A DNA stretch of 62,649 nt, filler included, from Basidiobolus ranarum (Eukaryota): the NCBI GenBank assembly GCA_040143965.1. It is 5 parts of 5 records of this genome, joined end to end, with 100 filler letters (N's around TTAATTAATTAA, not from the genome) between each part and the next. Parts side by side here need not be neighbours in the genome. Positions count along the whole stretch, not along the records: positions 37,693 to 50,135 come from JASJQH010000544.1; positions 50,236 to 62,649 come from JASJQH010000545.1; 3 more parts are not named here. One strand, written 5' to 3'. The number at the start of each line of letters is the position of its first letter. The stretch's first letter is position 1. Positions 38,190 to 51,880 of this stretch are shown in pieces. Made by a program: the position numbers and the translations under genes. A model generated the notes under the pieces. The model was not told where the DNA came from and did not search any database. It saw nothing but the letters and a program-made list of their open reading frames with translations.

Positions 38190-39180
38190 ATTTACTGCTC
38201 AAAGTAGCAGGTGGTTACCTACCGGCTCAGATACATGGACCTTCGATAGTTTCGAATTCTTCAAATGCTTAGAATCTCGAAAAGTTACACTCCAAGCCTC
38301 CAATTTACTAAACTCAATCTCGTTAAACTTTGCAAGAATTGATGGGGTAACTCCATATATGGCTGAACCACCGAGCTGTTCGAATTTACTCTTCTGAAAT
38401 CCAACCTCATTTCTATCATATGTGCGTTGAAGTAAAGTGCTTCACAAGTTTCCGAAATTTTTCAGTTTAGAGACGGATCGCTATATACATGTATATTTTT
38501 CATTTTGAAATGAGTCAATCTCATTCACTATTGTCGCAACTTCATCGGGGATAGTGTAACAGACTATTGTGAATGTCTGAATATAAGGTTCTGCGGATAT
38601 AACTGCTTGTAGAAATTCGCGCTTTAATTTTCCCCTCGGTTTGAGTCTAATTTCCTCCGTGATTTTTAATCGTTGCAACTGTTTGGCCACGTGAATATGT
38701 TTGACTGGCGCATCTAATGAAGTGCTACTGGATACTTTACTTTCTTCTACTTTGTATGGCAATGTCCTCAAGTAAAGGGCGTTTCGCAATCAGTTGGTAG
38801 AGAAGGTGTATTCCTACGTCTGATTGTTCAGTTGAAAAGTGCTCTAGTAGACGCCCATTTTGAAAAGCAAACGATTCATTGGATATCCGTGAACATGTAA
38901 GACATCCCACTGAAAATTTCAATACACACAGGCTTTGAAGTCGTAAGATCCACGAGAGAATCATAGCAAGGTTTTCAAACGGACAATAAGACGTCTCGAT
39001 CTTCTGTATTAACAAAATTACTGATTCTATACGGAGTTTATGTCAGAACCGAATGAAATGTTTACCAATTAAGAGAGTAAAGACTTATATGCTGATGGTA
39101 ATATGTACAACTGGATTCTTTTTGTTGGCCACAAATAGCTACTTATATACTTGAGAAGATCAATGAGGCGAAATCAAGTC
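38190..39180 (-). pseudogene. Possible decayed gene (F-box/LRR-like composition)
   Basis: Chain of same-strand open stretches (38737..39015, 38481..38789, about 38200..38430) with Leu-periodic segments (LRLQSLCVLKF, LQRLKI, FSKLEAWSV), broken by stops and frameshifts. No firm family match. Confidence 0.3.
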
Positions 39181-39601
39181 GTGAGTGGCACTGCTTAAGG
39201 ATGGCAACTAAATCTATTTCCACCTTGTTCCACCCAAGTTTTCCCCAAGAAATATAATATTCCCAGCATACCCATCGGTTCATTTATTCCACATATGCAG
39301 CATCTCAATCAGAGCCCACCAACATCACTCAGAAGCGGCCATCAACTGGAGTACTCCAAATTATTCGAACCAGATACAGTATGTAGTAACACTCTATATT
39401 GCTGTTTCGGAATAAGAAATCTCCGAAATCGTTGGTTAATCTTGGCTTTTATTGGCACTTCATGGCCATTTGATTGCGAACCTGAAGAAAGGTTCAATGA
39501 ATGGAAGATATTCAAATTATATACATGATTAGTTTAAAATGGGTTTGGGTTCAACAACGGAACAATGATGAGCTATGTCAAACAGACCAAGAATCTACAC
39601 T

Positions 39602-41996
39602 TCAATATACAGTTCTTGAGGGAGTTTCCAAAGAGTTTGTTGCTTCCATACAACTTCTCAGCTCTCTTAATAGCGCTTTAGCTTCTTCCTTTTCCTATTT
39701 GGAGAGAAGGTTAGTTCATTTCGAGGGCTTAGGGATCTCTCTGTAACATACCGGTCCATTGTATTGAAGCACTTCCGTGACATATTCTTCAGCTTCCTTG
39801 AAGTTCCCTCTTTTCTTTTCATAATAGGCTAGAAACAGGCAGGTCTCCACAAGATCAAGACTGTGATTCTGGGAGAGGAGATTGACAGGTTAGCTTGGCA
39901 AAGGATAGGGAGGAAGAAATTAAATGTGTGACTTTACATCTTGTATTTTTCTTTGTTTCAGACTGAGGTGATAATAATACGCAGCCGTATCTTGTTGTTC
40001 TAATTTTCTATAGAGGTTTCCTAACTTGTTCAAGGCAATTACTTCATTCTCTGAGCCCAACAAGGCTCTTTTGTAGCATTTGATTGCTTCTACATCCTGA
40101 TTCAAAATTTCGTAGCATCCAGCCAGTGCGCACCACATGCGTGCATCATACGGTCTATGAATGAAGAGCGTTAAATATCGATAGTTTCAGGGTATTAGCA
40201 ACGGGGCTTCTTACCTTAGCGCTGTTGCTCTTTGATAGTAATACAAACTATAGTACGGCATACGTAATACTTCATATGTCTGACCAAGCCCGTACCACGC
40301 GCGATAATCTTTCGTATTGATATCTAAAACCCAATTAGCGGTAACTGATTAACAACCAAATAATTCTAAAGCACATGATCTTTGCACTGTGGCTTACCAA
40401 CAGCTCTACGATATGCCTCAATGGCTGCATGGGTGTTTTTCATTTCCACATATTCATGACCCATCAAAGTCCAAGCAGAGAGGTATTTCCGATTCAGCTT
40501 TAAAGCCCGTTTAAAGTGAATCACCGCCTTTTCATGTTCTCCTTTCAAACTAAAATAGTTTCCTGCACGTAATATTGAAAGTTAGGATTTCGAATATCAA
40601 CAAGATTCTAGATTTATCACCTATAATACAGCATGTTTCAGGTCGATATTTATCCACACAAGCACTGTTGTGAGCTAAGAAGCTTAGTTTAGCTTTCTTT
40701 TCCATGACATAGAGCACATTGGAGTAAGTATCTAGATTATCCAGTCGGAAAGGGTCGTTTTCGATAAGTTCATCAAAAATAGCTTCTGCTTCGTCAAACT
40801 CTAAATCAGAAATGCCTGTCATGATCTAAGCTTTAAGATGCCAAGGATTTTTTAAGAGTTACCTCTGGTATTGTAAAAATTCATTGCCTTCTGAGTTTTC
40901 AAATAACCACTACCCGGGAATAGACAAAGCAAGAGCTCAAGGTCTTGCTGTATTAATTCGGAGTTAAAATGTAGCTCATTGGCTGTATGGGTGACGAAGA
41001 ACTTGGTCATGAAATGGTTGTTAAGTTGAGGGAGGACTTTCTCGAGCTGTTAAATACAGGTTGGTAGTATTAGAAGAGATGAGTGTCTGTAACTAAGTGA
41101 GATTCATTGGACTTACAGCATCTTGGTTCGCCATACATCCAGAAAGCTCAAGCCATGCGCTCCAATTGTAAGGATACTTGTTTAAGGATTTAACTAGAGC
41201 ATCCACAGCCTTTTGTTCCAAATTCTTCTTCAGAAGAATAAGAGCATATCTGAACAATAGTAAAGGGCAGCTTAGTAAATCTATGCGGCAGTGTTTAGCT
41301 ACACGAATGGGTGACATACAAATACAAACAAAAAGAATCTAGCTCGTCTACAAGGTATAATGGCTCCAAGTCCTCCAAAATTTCCGAGATATTTTCATTC
41401 AAAATTCGTTTCTCATCGGCTAAACCTGCAAATATAATAGTCTGAATACAAAACATTCTCAAATAGAGTATAGAAAGCTTTACATACCCATAATGTCTTG
41501 GTTTTTCTCTTCTTTTTTCTTTTCACCAGACTTTACTCCCGTCAAATCAATTGAGTTACATTATATGTATTTAAGTATTTAAGGAGTCCTTAACTTACCA
41601 AATATTTGGCATAGAGTTTCAAAAATCTTGACTTGTTATCAGATCCGTTTCTTAGTGCGTAACTGCACCTATCGAATTCCCTCAAGTCAAAGAATGACTT
41701 TGCTAACATATACTTATCCATCACCTCTGGTTCTTGGAAAATTTCATTCTCAGTTAGTTTTAAGGTAATCATATCAAGAAAAGGATAATCTCCAATATTG
41801 ATGGATTCGGTTTCTTCAAGACCACTCAAAGTTTCGGAAACCCTAGAAGAAGGTCGAAAAAGAACGTCACTCGCTAGTCTATATGTTAATAGAAGCTGTT
41901 GTTTTATACATACCATTTTGTACTATGAAATAAGCCCCTGTCACTGCAACGTCTCACTCCCTCTCGTAATTGTTCTCGAATTATGGCTTGAGTCAT
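39602..41996 (-). CDS. CDC23: Anaphase-promoting complex subunit 8 (Cdc23/APC8), multi-exon
   Basis: [108 protein letters not shown] motifs. Confidence 0.95.
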
Positions 41997-42312
41997 GTTG
42001 CGATTAATATTATTTCTTCTACAAGAAAAAAAGGAATATTCAAAAAAATGTATTATTCTTTTCCTTTCAAACCCAGGCAACCTTCTGGGTTTATTTACAA
42101 GTATATCAAACAAACCTGAACGCCTATGTTATTTATGCAATTAACAAAAAATCATTCCCAGTCACGTGCTGACGAATTGTAAATAAACAAATACCAGGAG
42201 AACAATGGATGGATATTTTTCGATTCAATTTGAAGTTCCCAATATTACTTTAACCTGATACTCTAACTCGTTGACTAAAGGGTCAACGTTATTTGTAACT
42301 TTTACCAATAAT

Positions 42313-45293
42313 ATGTTACCACCAGAAGACACCTTTCGTATATTGATTGCCACTGATAACCATCTTGGTTATATGGAAAAAGATCCAATACGTGGAAAAG
42401 ATTCATTTATCGCGTTCGAAGAGATATTGAAGTTGGCACGTAGGGAGGAGGTTGGATACATACTTACATATCTCTAAATACGAAGTGCCGGTTTTGAGAC
42501 TTCTATTATTAATGGACACTTTTGACTTATTATAAATCCTTTTTCTTTTGAACCAAAAAAAGGTAGACTTTATTTTACTGGGTGGTGATTTATTTCATGA
42601 AAACAAACCTTCAAGAAAAACTTTGTATCAAACAATGGCTCTACTTCGTGAATATTGTATGGGGGATAAGCCTTGTAAGATGGAGTATCTTAGTGACCAA
42701 TCAGTTAATTTCCCTGACAGGTTGGTTTTTTACCACCATGTACTATATATGAATGTAGTGGCGAATTCCAGCCATTTATTAGTAACTTTCTGAATATACA
42801 ATAATCATTTCAAGGTTTGCCTCAGTGAATTATCAGGATCCCAACTATAATGTTAGCATCCCGGTCTTTTCCATTCATGGAAACCACGATGATCCATCTG
42901 GAGTAAGTTCGACCTACCTGAAGAAAAATATGAATGATTTGTAGAGAAACTCATCAGTTCCTTATTATAGGATGGTAATCTAGCGGCTCTAGATCTCCTC
43001 TCAGTCTCGGGACTAGTGAATTATTTTGGAAGAGCTAAAGAGGTAGATGAGATTACAATTAGTCCCATTTTACTTCGTAAAGGTAATAGTAGATTGGCTC
43101 TATATGGACTGGGAAACATAAGGGACGAGAGACTTCATCGTACATTCATTCAAAAGAAAGTGAAAATATTACGTCCACGTAAATCGTCGGACGTCTGGTT
43201 CAATTTAATGGTATTACATCAAAACAGGTAGAACGTGAATATGTCGAAATAGCTCCTTGTTCCTTATCATTGATAGATTTCTGAATACATCTAGAATCGC
43301 ACACGGTGCAACTAATTACATCCCAGAATCGTTCTTGGACGAGTTTCTGGATTTGATCCTTTGGGGCCATGAACATGAATGCTTGATAGATCCCACTATG
43401 AATCAACAACAGCAGTTTTACATCACTCAGCCGGGTTCTTCTGTTGCTACATCACTTTGTGAAGGCGAGTCACAGCCCAAGTAAGCATATGGATTGACTA
43501 TCAATACTGAATTTGCACTTACTAACGCTTAACCCAAGACATGTGGCTATCTTGAATATTTGTAACAACGAGTTCGAAATGGAGAAATACCCGTTAAGGA
43601 GCGTTCGGCCATTTGTGATTGAAGACTTGATACTTTCGGAGATTGAGGGACTTCGTCCTACCGATTCCAAAGGAGTCATAAAGCACCTTAATAGCAAAAT
43701 CACCGATCTCGTAAGACAAGCCAAAGAGAATTGGAAACAGAGAATGGTAGAGACCGGAGAGCCAGTTGATGCGAATACTGAATTCCCCAAGCCTCTGATT
43801 AGATTAAGGGTATAGGAATTCACTATATAATTTCTCGATGGATTGCTAACACTTTTTATATGCAAAACTAGGTCGAGTATAGTGGCGGATTTAATTCCTT
43901 CAATCCGCAAAGGTTTGGCCAGCAATTTGTTGAACAAGTTGCCAACCCTAAAGACATCATTCATTTCTACCGTCGACGAACCTATACTGGTACGTACGAA
44001 AGGACTCTTGACATAGTGGCGAGACTAATATTGACCATTAACCACAGACAAAAAGAAAGTGACTGCAATTACCGACGAGCAGCTTGCTAGAATTATACCA
44101 GAGCGGCTTGATCACTTCAAAGTGGAGGATTTAATCGAAGAGTTTTTAAATACTCAGAAGTTGGACGTGTTGCCCGAAACTGAGCTAATTGATGCTGTTC
44201 GTATTTTTGTTGAAAAAGACGACCGAGATGCCATCAAAGAGTAAGTGGATTGTTACTGAATGTCGCACCACCAAATCGCTTTCTAAAGCTGAAATCTAAG
44301 GTTTGTGGCGGGCTCATTAGACCAAACTCGGGGGTATCTCAATAATGAAGTTTCTACAACCGACGATTCGGAATTGCGAAGAGAGGTGTGTAGCAGTACC
44401 AGTACTATGCAAAATTCACTTCGATAAGGTCCATTAACCCGAATACTTCACCTTTAGGCCTCTAATGAAAAGAAAAGAAGATTGGAGCGCTATCTTCAAA
44501 CCCACACCAACAGAGAGACTGTTGTTATCGATCATAAGGTATTTCTTTTGTTTATTCTTCTTGCATGGGAATGATGACTTCAACTTATCATTTACTCTGA
44601 ATTAGCCAACCAAGGAACGAAGTGAAAATGCGTCGGATGTTCAGTCTAGTTCAGAGAATGAGATTGCTGCGCCACTTAAGATTCGGAAAACAGGAACTGC
44701 TAGCAAACGAGGTGGCAGAAAAGCTGCTGCCACCACTAGTCGTCCTAAGGTTGTTGCAAAAAGCACAAGGACGGCCCGAAGTCGGACCAAGATTGTTCCG
44801 TCTGAATCTGTAACGTGTACAAGCATAACTTCGCTGCACGTTGGATTAATAAGCTAACGTTAGATCCAACCTTTTAGGAAATTAGTGAGGATGATGTACT
44901 AGTCGAAGCGACCCCATCCGAGAACGATGATGTTGAAGAGGAAGTAATCCCTAGTACTTCTACCCGGGGCAGGAAGCGAAAAGCAACAACGTAAGTGACC
45001 CTTGTATTCTAATAACAATATAGATGCTAATCATTATCATTAGTACTGAACCCACTCAGTCAAGTAATCGTTCAGCTGGTGTTCTTTCTAGAGGTGGGCG
45101 GCAGTCAAAACTGAATTTTTTAAGTTCACAAGCTGATAACGTAAGCAAATCCAGTACTCCAAATGCACGGATGATCTCCTATTAATCATAAAGGCCATAT
45201 ATGTAGAATGCCGGTGAAGAAGATACCTTTGCCAGTTTCACTTCTGGAGCAGGTAATCAAGGACGTAGAAATCTCAGAAGAACCAGAGGCTAA
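42313..45293 (+). CDS. MRE11: Double-strand break repair nuclease Mre11, multi-exon
   Basis: [92 protein letters not shown]; stop TAA 45291-45293. Confidence 0.96.
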
Positions 45294-45582
45294 GCTCGTT
45301 ATATTGAGTTACACTATCCATTTATGAATCTTGGCAGTGTATGAAAGCAAATCATCCATTAACACCACACGGACTTACTGAATAAGCATGAGTAGAAAGA
45401 TTTTTGTAAAGATCCCAGATCCCCCTCAAAGAAACCTATATTTTCAGCTACATTTGCTTTCCTTTATCTCTTCAAATATTCTATTCTATGTGCTTTGCGT
45501 GAACTAAAGGAAACCCCATGTTCTATGTAAAATTGGCTTGATGATTTATTGCATTTTCACCATGGCAGGCGATCAAAACTAA

Positions 45583-46628
45583 TTATGTCATATAGTGAAC
45601 GATAGCCCACATGATCAAGACTGATATAATTACACCAGCATAAAAGATCCATTTATCCTGTGACGATCTGCGTTCGATAAACTGAATTACTGCACGGGAT
45701 AATCCCAAGGTATTCGCAGTATCCAATATTTTTTTGTGAGCACCCTTCATGAAGCAATTGGTGAGTAGATTGTATATTAGCATACAGGACAGGTGTAGAT
45801 AGGAAAGAATATCATAGTACAAATGTAAAAGAATATTATAATACAGATGCAAGAGAATACTCCCATTTAATTACCTTTAGCGTTCCACGTTGATGTACGA
45901 GATTTTGCAATGCTGCTTGCCCTTGCGCTATAAATTCGTCTAATCGTTGTTCTGTTGAATTCATGAAATCATGCTCTCTATGTATATGTTGCTCTAGGGA
46001 GACGCCCGTAGCCTCGGATGCTTGTTTGTACTAGTATAGGATAAACAGTTAACAATCAGAAGGTCTCTTCATTCTAGTGCAGCCATTTACCGCTGTTTGA
46101 TCAAAACCGTTAAACAACTCTTCTCGACTGTGTAGTTGTTCAATCTAAAAATGGTCGTAAAGTTCAGTTAGTAACAAATTTAAACATAGACTTCGCTTAA
46201 CCTCTAGAACATACTTTGTTCTCTTCCTTCCGCTTGGCAAGCTCAAAGGAATTTCGGAAATGCTTGGAATCTTCCCTGAATTTCATGATACGCCTGATAG
46301 TTTCAAAGAATTGTTTCTTTAGTTCATAAGATCAAAGGATTGAACTCGACTGAGCAACTTACTCCTCAGCCTTCTGCTTTTTGGCAGGAATCAGTTCTTT
46401 TTTCGATAAGTATTCGTAGTCATCAATAGACCTACTAAGAGCACTTAAACTAACGGCAATCTGACCTACATTTAAATTTACTGATGAGTAACTTCACCAG
46501 CAGCAGAGATAACAATAGATTCAGCTACCTTGTAATGCATTTGATCTATCCTCACCACTCTCAAATAAGTTTAAATCACGTCTAATTGCGTGAGATTGCT
46601 TTAGTGCATTATTATATAATGAATTCAT
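45583..46628 (-). CDS. BOS1: Qb-SNARE Bos1/membrin (GOSR2), multi-exon
   Basis: MNSLYNNALKQ N-terminus; EFIAQGQAALQNLVHQRGTLK|GAHKKILDTANTLGLSRAVIQFIERRSSQDKWIF plus C-terminal TM. Confidence 0.92.
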
Positions 46629-46982
46629 CTTCCAATAATGGTTGCAACGACGCTACTCTAGTGATGCTATTCTTTGAGAATGTTATGTATACAATTAAAA
46701 GAAACTTCGTCAAAGTTGCTATTGTCTACAACCAAGAGAGCGTCACTTAAGAGCAATTTAGCGTTAGTAAATACAACGCTTGATATCTTGGAAAATCGAG
46801 CGACTACACAGCAAAAAGAGATTCGCAAGATCTCGAATTGTCTATGATTTTGAATCTGGAGATTGTTTATCTTCCTTAGATAGGACTGAGCTGATTGGCT
46901 ATGTCTGGGTTTTTTGTTTATTGATCGAGTTAAATCCATATAATAAAATGATTATGTAGTAATATTGAATATTATGACTAGT

Positions 46983-49548
46983 CTAGTGATACTGAAGAGA
47001 CCACATCTTGAGGGCAGCATCTTGACCTACGGTGGCGATGGTTTCCTCATCTACAAATACAACCCCTGTGACAGCAACTTGGTGAGCACCTAGTAAATAA
47101 ATAAATGGGTTATTTCAGCTAGCTCGGCGCAAATATACCTAGCAATCCATAGCATACCATAAATAGTGATTTTCTTCATGGGAGACTCAACGCTCCAAAC
47201 ATAAACATTAGTATCTAGTGAGCCACTCACTAGGTGTAAACCATCGGGTGACCAAGCAACACTGTTCACACGGGCAGTATGGAAAACCCAACGTGAAATT
47301 TTCACCTGTGAGAATAGAAAGGGTAAGGAGAGCTGGCCCTGTGTGCCACTGGGATGTTTCACTATACCTGCTTGGTAGCAACATCATAAACCATGATTTT
47401 CCCACGAGAATCACCTGCAGCGAGTAACGAGCCATCTGGAGAGAATGCTAGTGAATAGACAGCTCCACGATTATTACTTAACACCCCGTCCTCAACCAAT
47501 TCTTCTCCCGTCAACTTGTACAGATAAACCTTCTCTGTCTAAATATTCATTCTAGTTTAGAATTCTTCCTATTCAAGAAACGAAGAGGTTGGAATAGAAT
47601 ATCTTACATCATCTCCAACTGCAACCAAATCATTATCGGGGTTAATGGCGATGGAGTTTGGAACGTAGTTGATTGATAACTGACTAACAGACTTCCCATC
47701 TCTAATCAAGGCAATTCCTTCTGTGGAAACGACTACTGATGTTTCATCAGTTGTGACGGAGACACCCTTAGGGAGTACCCCAGTTGCAACAGGGACAGAG
47801 CTACAGAATTTGGTTAAAGACGGGCAGATTAAACGACATAATCAAGAACATACCTGAATTTGCCATCGGTGATGGAAGCAACACGTAGATGATCATCCAT
47901 ACCTACTGAAATCATTTTATCACCAACGGTGGTAATACCGGTGATCTGATTAGTATGAGCATCCCCACTGATAGGAGTTGCGATCCCCTCATTTGACCAA
48001 GAGCGTTAGAAGTGAGTTAAGGAGTGGATTGAAATGTGAATGCATATCTGTCTAGAGTAACTGTATCACAAAAGATGTAAAGGATATAAATCTTGCCGTC
48101 ATAACTGCCGGTTAGAAGTGTACCGTCAGTAGCACGGGCAAACGCGGTGATAGCTTTGCTATGGCCCTGAAAGCAAATGAATGTTAGAAAGGTCACCCAC
48201 TAGAGGGATTTCAGCAGGATTACCTTAACTACACGGATAGGCTTTGAAGAACTCATGTCCAAATAGTTGATATCACCAGAGAGTGAGAAACTTAGGATGT
48301 TTTCTCCCTGCCATAAATTGGCAATTTGCTGATCCTCAATGCTTGGTTTCTCAGAGAACTGGACAGTACTAGGTAACAAAGGACGTACATATTGTTTGGT
48401 TACCAAATCTACCTACGCAACTACAGAGATTGAGTGACTATTACGTACTTGATAACCTTCTTGCTTTGTATATCCCAGATTTTAGCAGTCATATCTGCCG
48501 ACGATGTGACAATATGGGTGCTATCGGGGCTCCAGGAAACAGCAAATATACCACCGGCATGGCCCTCAGATAGGTCACTTAGTTCATCGAGTTTTTCTCC
48601 GGTTTTGCCGTCGTACAAGAAAATCTAGATAGGCATCAGGAAGTATGCTTAATCATTACATGCTTCAAAGTAGTAGCACTCTAAAGACAACATCATCCTT
48701 ACCTTAGAATCAGCCCCAACACTGACAAAATATTCGCCGTTGGGTGAAAACTTGACGTCTTGAACGAATCGAGAGTGATCGTTAATTGAGCATTGGAATT
48801 TGTATGGTGCACCGTGATAAAAGTTGACTGACATATCATCCGAGCAAGTCACAGCACGGAAAGGTCTTTGTAAACGGAAGTCACACGCATTTATCACTTT
48901 ACTATGACCACTCACTTCACCAACGGAGCTGCCGGTGTCAATAGCAAATACATGGCCAAATCTCTCTTTCCCTTCGCCTACTACCATCAATCTCTTACTT
49001 TCAGAATCCCAGGCAATAGCATTAACACGTCCATTTAAAATCTTGTATTCACTTTTCAAGATATGTTCTTCTTGGGTGGTATCCCAGATGCGGATATTGC
49101 CCTGAATATCTAAAGTGGCAAGATAATTAAATATACCGATATTTGAGCTTGTCAAAACGATGGATCTTACCTCCTGAAGCTATATAATATCCACTTGGGG
49201 ACCAACTAGCAGCAGATGTTTGACAAGTATGCTGAGTGTATTCCGAAGCTATCTCAGGATTCTATAAATAAGCATTGCACATCAGCTTCAAGAATGCAAG
49301 ATTATATTTAACGACTGGATCAAGTAAGAAACAAAAGATACCCTAATATTACGAATGAAGATGCTTTTGCCATTGGGGTAAACAAGGGTTTCTCCTTTAG
49401 GATCCACACCTATCTGAAGTGGAGTACCACGAATTGGGGCAGGATTGGGTGCATAAATACTTTCTTTGGTAGATTAAAAACTTTAGTTAAAAGATGGACA
49501 TCAATAGCGGTGCTGTTCGTTGGAAAACTTACTTTTGGTATATGACAT
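46983..49548 (-). CDS. AIP1: Actin-interacting protein 1 (Aip1/WDR1), multi-exon including one AT-AC intron
   Basis: P.P.RG start, IAWDSESKRLMVVGEGKERFGH, QRPFRAVTCSDD, FYHGAPYKF, HSRFVQDVKFSPNG, WVFHTARVNSVAWSPDG..SGSLDTNVYVWSVE. Confidence 0.93.
48005..48087 (-). other. U12-type (minor spliceosome) AT-AC intron in AIP1
   Basis: 5' end ATATCCTTT, branch TCCTTAAC near the 3' end, terminal AC; removal restores GSYDGKIC-SWSNEG in frame. Confidence 0.9.
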
Positions 49549-50135
49549 ATTGAAGTAGGATAGTCAAGCTGCTTGAAAACAAACTGTCGAAGAAGTTAAC
49601 AGATAGACCTTCCCCGTGTCGCTGTGACGTACACTAATCATCTCCGAGTATTGGTGGATTTTACTATTTAGGAAACAATATATTCAAATATGTATGTTCA
49701 TACGAAATCAGTGATGGATTTTACTTCAGGTCAAAATTCCCGTTCTACTAAAGAGTCTTATCATTCTCAACAAATGCGAGAAATCGATGGTCTAAACCCA
49801 GACCTAGTACCTCTCAATAATGTGGGAAAACACATTGACAAGGATTCAATTAAATATAATTTATTTTCGTGTAAAGAGAAATTTGTCATTTCAAAATCAA
49901 TGAAACACAGCAACTGAATTCCATGTGTTTTGTATAAAGAAAAGAGAGGACATGACTGACTTGGCACATACCAATTTAATAGTTAGGGTTAACAACATTA
50001 ACATGCTCATACTTGTAAACACAGCCGCATTCAGGGCAACGATCGATATCGTGACCCTTCTCTACGGTAATCCAGATGTTTTCATGTGTATCAGAGGGGA
50101 AACCGGAGCATCCAATAAAACGGAAATCATCACAG

Positions 50136-50235
50136 NNNNNNNNNNNNNNNNNNNNNNNNNNNNNNNNNNNNNNNNNNNNTTAATTAATTAANNNNNNNNN
50201 NNNNNNNNNNNNNNNNNNNNNNNNNNNNNNNNNNN
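50136..50235. other. Artificial contig spacer
   Basis: Same linker. Confidence 0.98.
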
Positions 50236-50662
50236 AGGGAATCGATTGTGTCTCATTCATTTTCATCCAAATCTGGAAACTCATTTTTGCTTCAATCCAC
50301 CCCATTTTTTCACACTTAATTTCAGTTTACTCAAAACTGGTGTTAGCTTCATCTTATTTCGATTAACCTCCAAGCTCTTCTTTGACCTCTCTTTTTAGTA
50401 TTTTTTTATCTTGTTCTTCTCTACTTGTCACAGTTCAACATCTCTCGCTTATATTACATATTAGCTATAGTGTAACAGTATTTTAGATTGCCCCTATAAT
50501 TATCCTTAACACAGGTACACTTTTAATCTATCGACTTGTGCAGGAATTTTTCATTTGAACTTTACGATATGATTGTTCGATTCATCTCAACTTGCATAGT
50601 TTAAAATCAATTTTGTTCTTGTTCTTACTCTTATTTCCCATTTGTAAATAGACATTCACAAG

Positions 50663-51880
50663 ATGAGTGATATCGCTGAAAGAATAGCGGTGGCCAGGAG
50701 AGATGCTGAACAGCTTAAAGAAAGAATCAAGCAAAAGAAAGAAAGTTTAGCTGATACAACTCGTAAGTGTTAAGAAATATTATATACGCCTCTGAATGTC
50801 TATCTTATTTCATTGTTAAAAAAATTAGTTAGAGCTGTTGCTGCTGAACTGGAACCTCTTCCTAGAATTGTGATGAAAGTTCGACGAACACTAAAAGGCC
50901 ATCTTGCCAAAATTTATGCCATGCATTGGGCAAACGATGAACGTCATCTGGTATCTGCTTCTCAAGATGGCAAGCTCATAGTCTGGGACGCGTACACTAC
51001 GAACAAAATTCATGCCATTCCCCTTCGTTCGTCTTGGGTCATGACCTGTGCATATGCTCCTTCAGGGAACTATGTAGCCTGTGGTGGCCTGGATAATATT
51101 TGCTCTATCTATAATCTTAAAACTAAAGAAGGCTCGGTGAAGGTGGCCAGGGAACTCAGTGCTCATACTGGTTATCTTTCTTGCTGTAGGTTCTTAAGTG
51201 ATCGTCAAATCATCACAAGTTCAGGAGATATGTCTTGTATGCTCTGGGACATTGATGCTGGCGTAAAGTTGATGGAGTTTGCGGACCATACTGGAGATGT
51301 GATGAGGTAAATCAATATTTTTAGTATTACATATAAAGATAGACCCTCAACCTAATTACTTTTCAGTTTGTCTCTTGCCCCCGAAAAGAATATATTTGTT
51401 TCCGGTGCTTGTGATGCTACTGCTAAAGTATGGGACATCCGAACTGGAAAATGTGTGCAGACCTTTACCGGACACGAGTCCGACATCAATGCTGTTCAAT
51501 TCTTCCCTAACGGCGATGCTTTCGGAACCGGTTCTGATGACACTACTAGTCGTCTATTTGATTTGAGAGCTGATCGTGAGCTGAGCCAATATGCACACGA
51601 TAACATACTCTGCGGAATCACATCGGTTGGTTTCTCGGTCTCCGGAAGACTGCTTTTTGCTGGCTACGATGATTTCAATTGCAATGTATGGGACACTATG
51701 AGAGGCGATCGTGTTGGCGTCTTGGCTGCTCATGAGAATCGTGTTAGTTGTCTGGGCGTGTCTGCTGATGGCATGGCGCTTTGCACTGGTAGTTGGGATA
51801 GTTTACTCAAGGTACATTCATTTCGATTTGACCAATACAGCTGACCGGTACTAAAGTTATTTTCTTAGATTTGGGCCTGA
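50663..51880 (+). CDS. GPB1: Heterotrimeric G-protein beta subunit, 4 coding exons
   Basis: [20 protein letters not shown] coiled coil; [58 protein letters not shown]. Confidence 0.96.

Noticed and set aside
50500-50515. TCCTTAAC near an AG upstream of G-beta as a second U12 intron
   Set aside because: No RTATCCTT 5' splice site at a suitable distance upstream, and the motif is too close to the AG.
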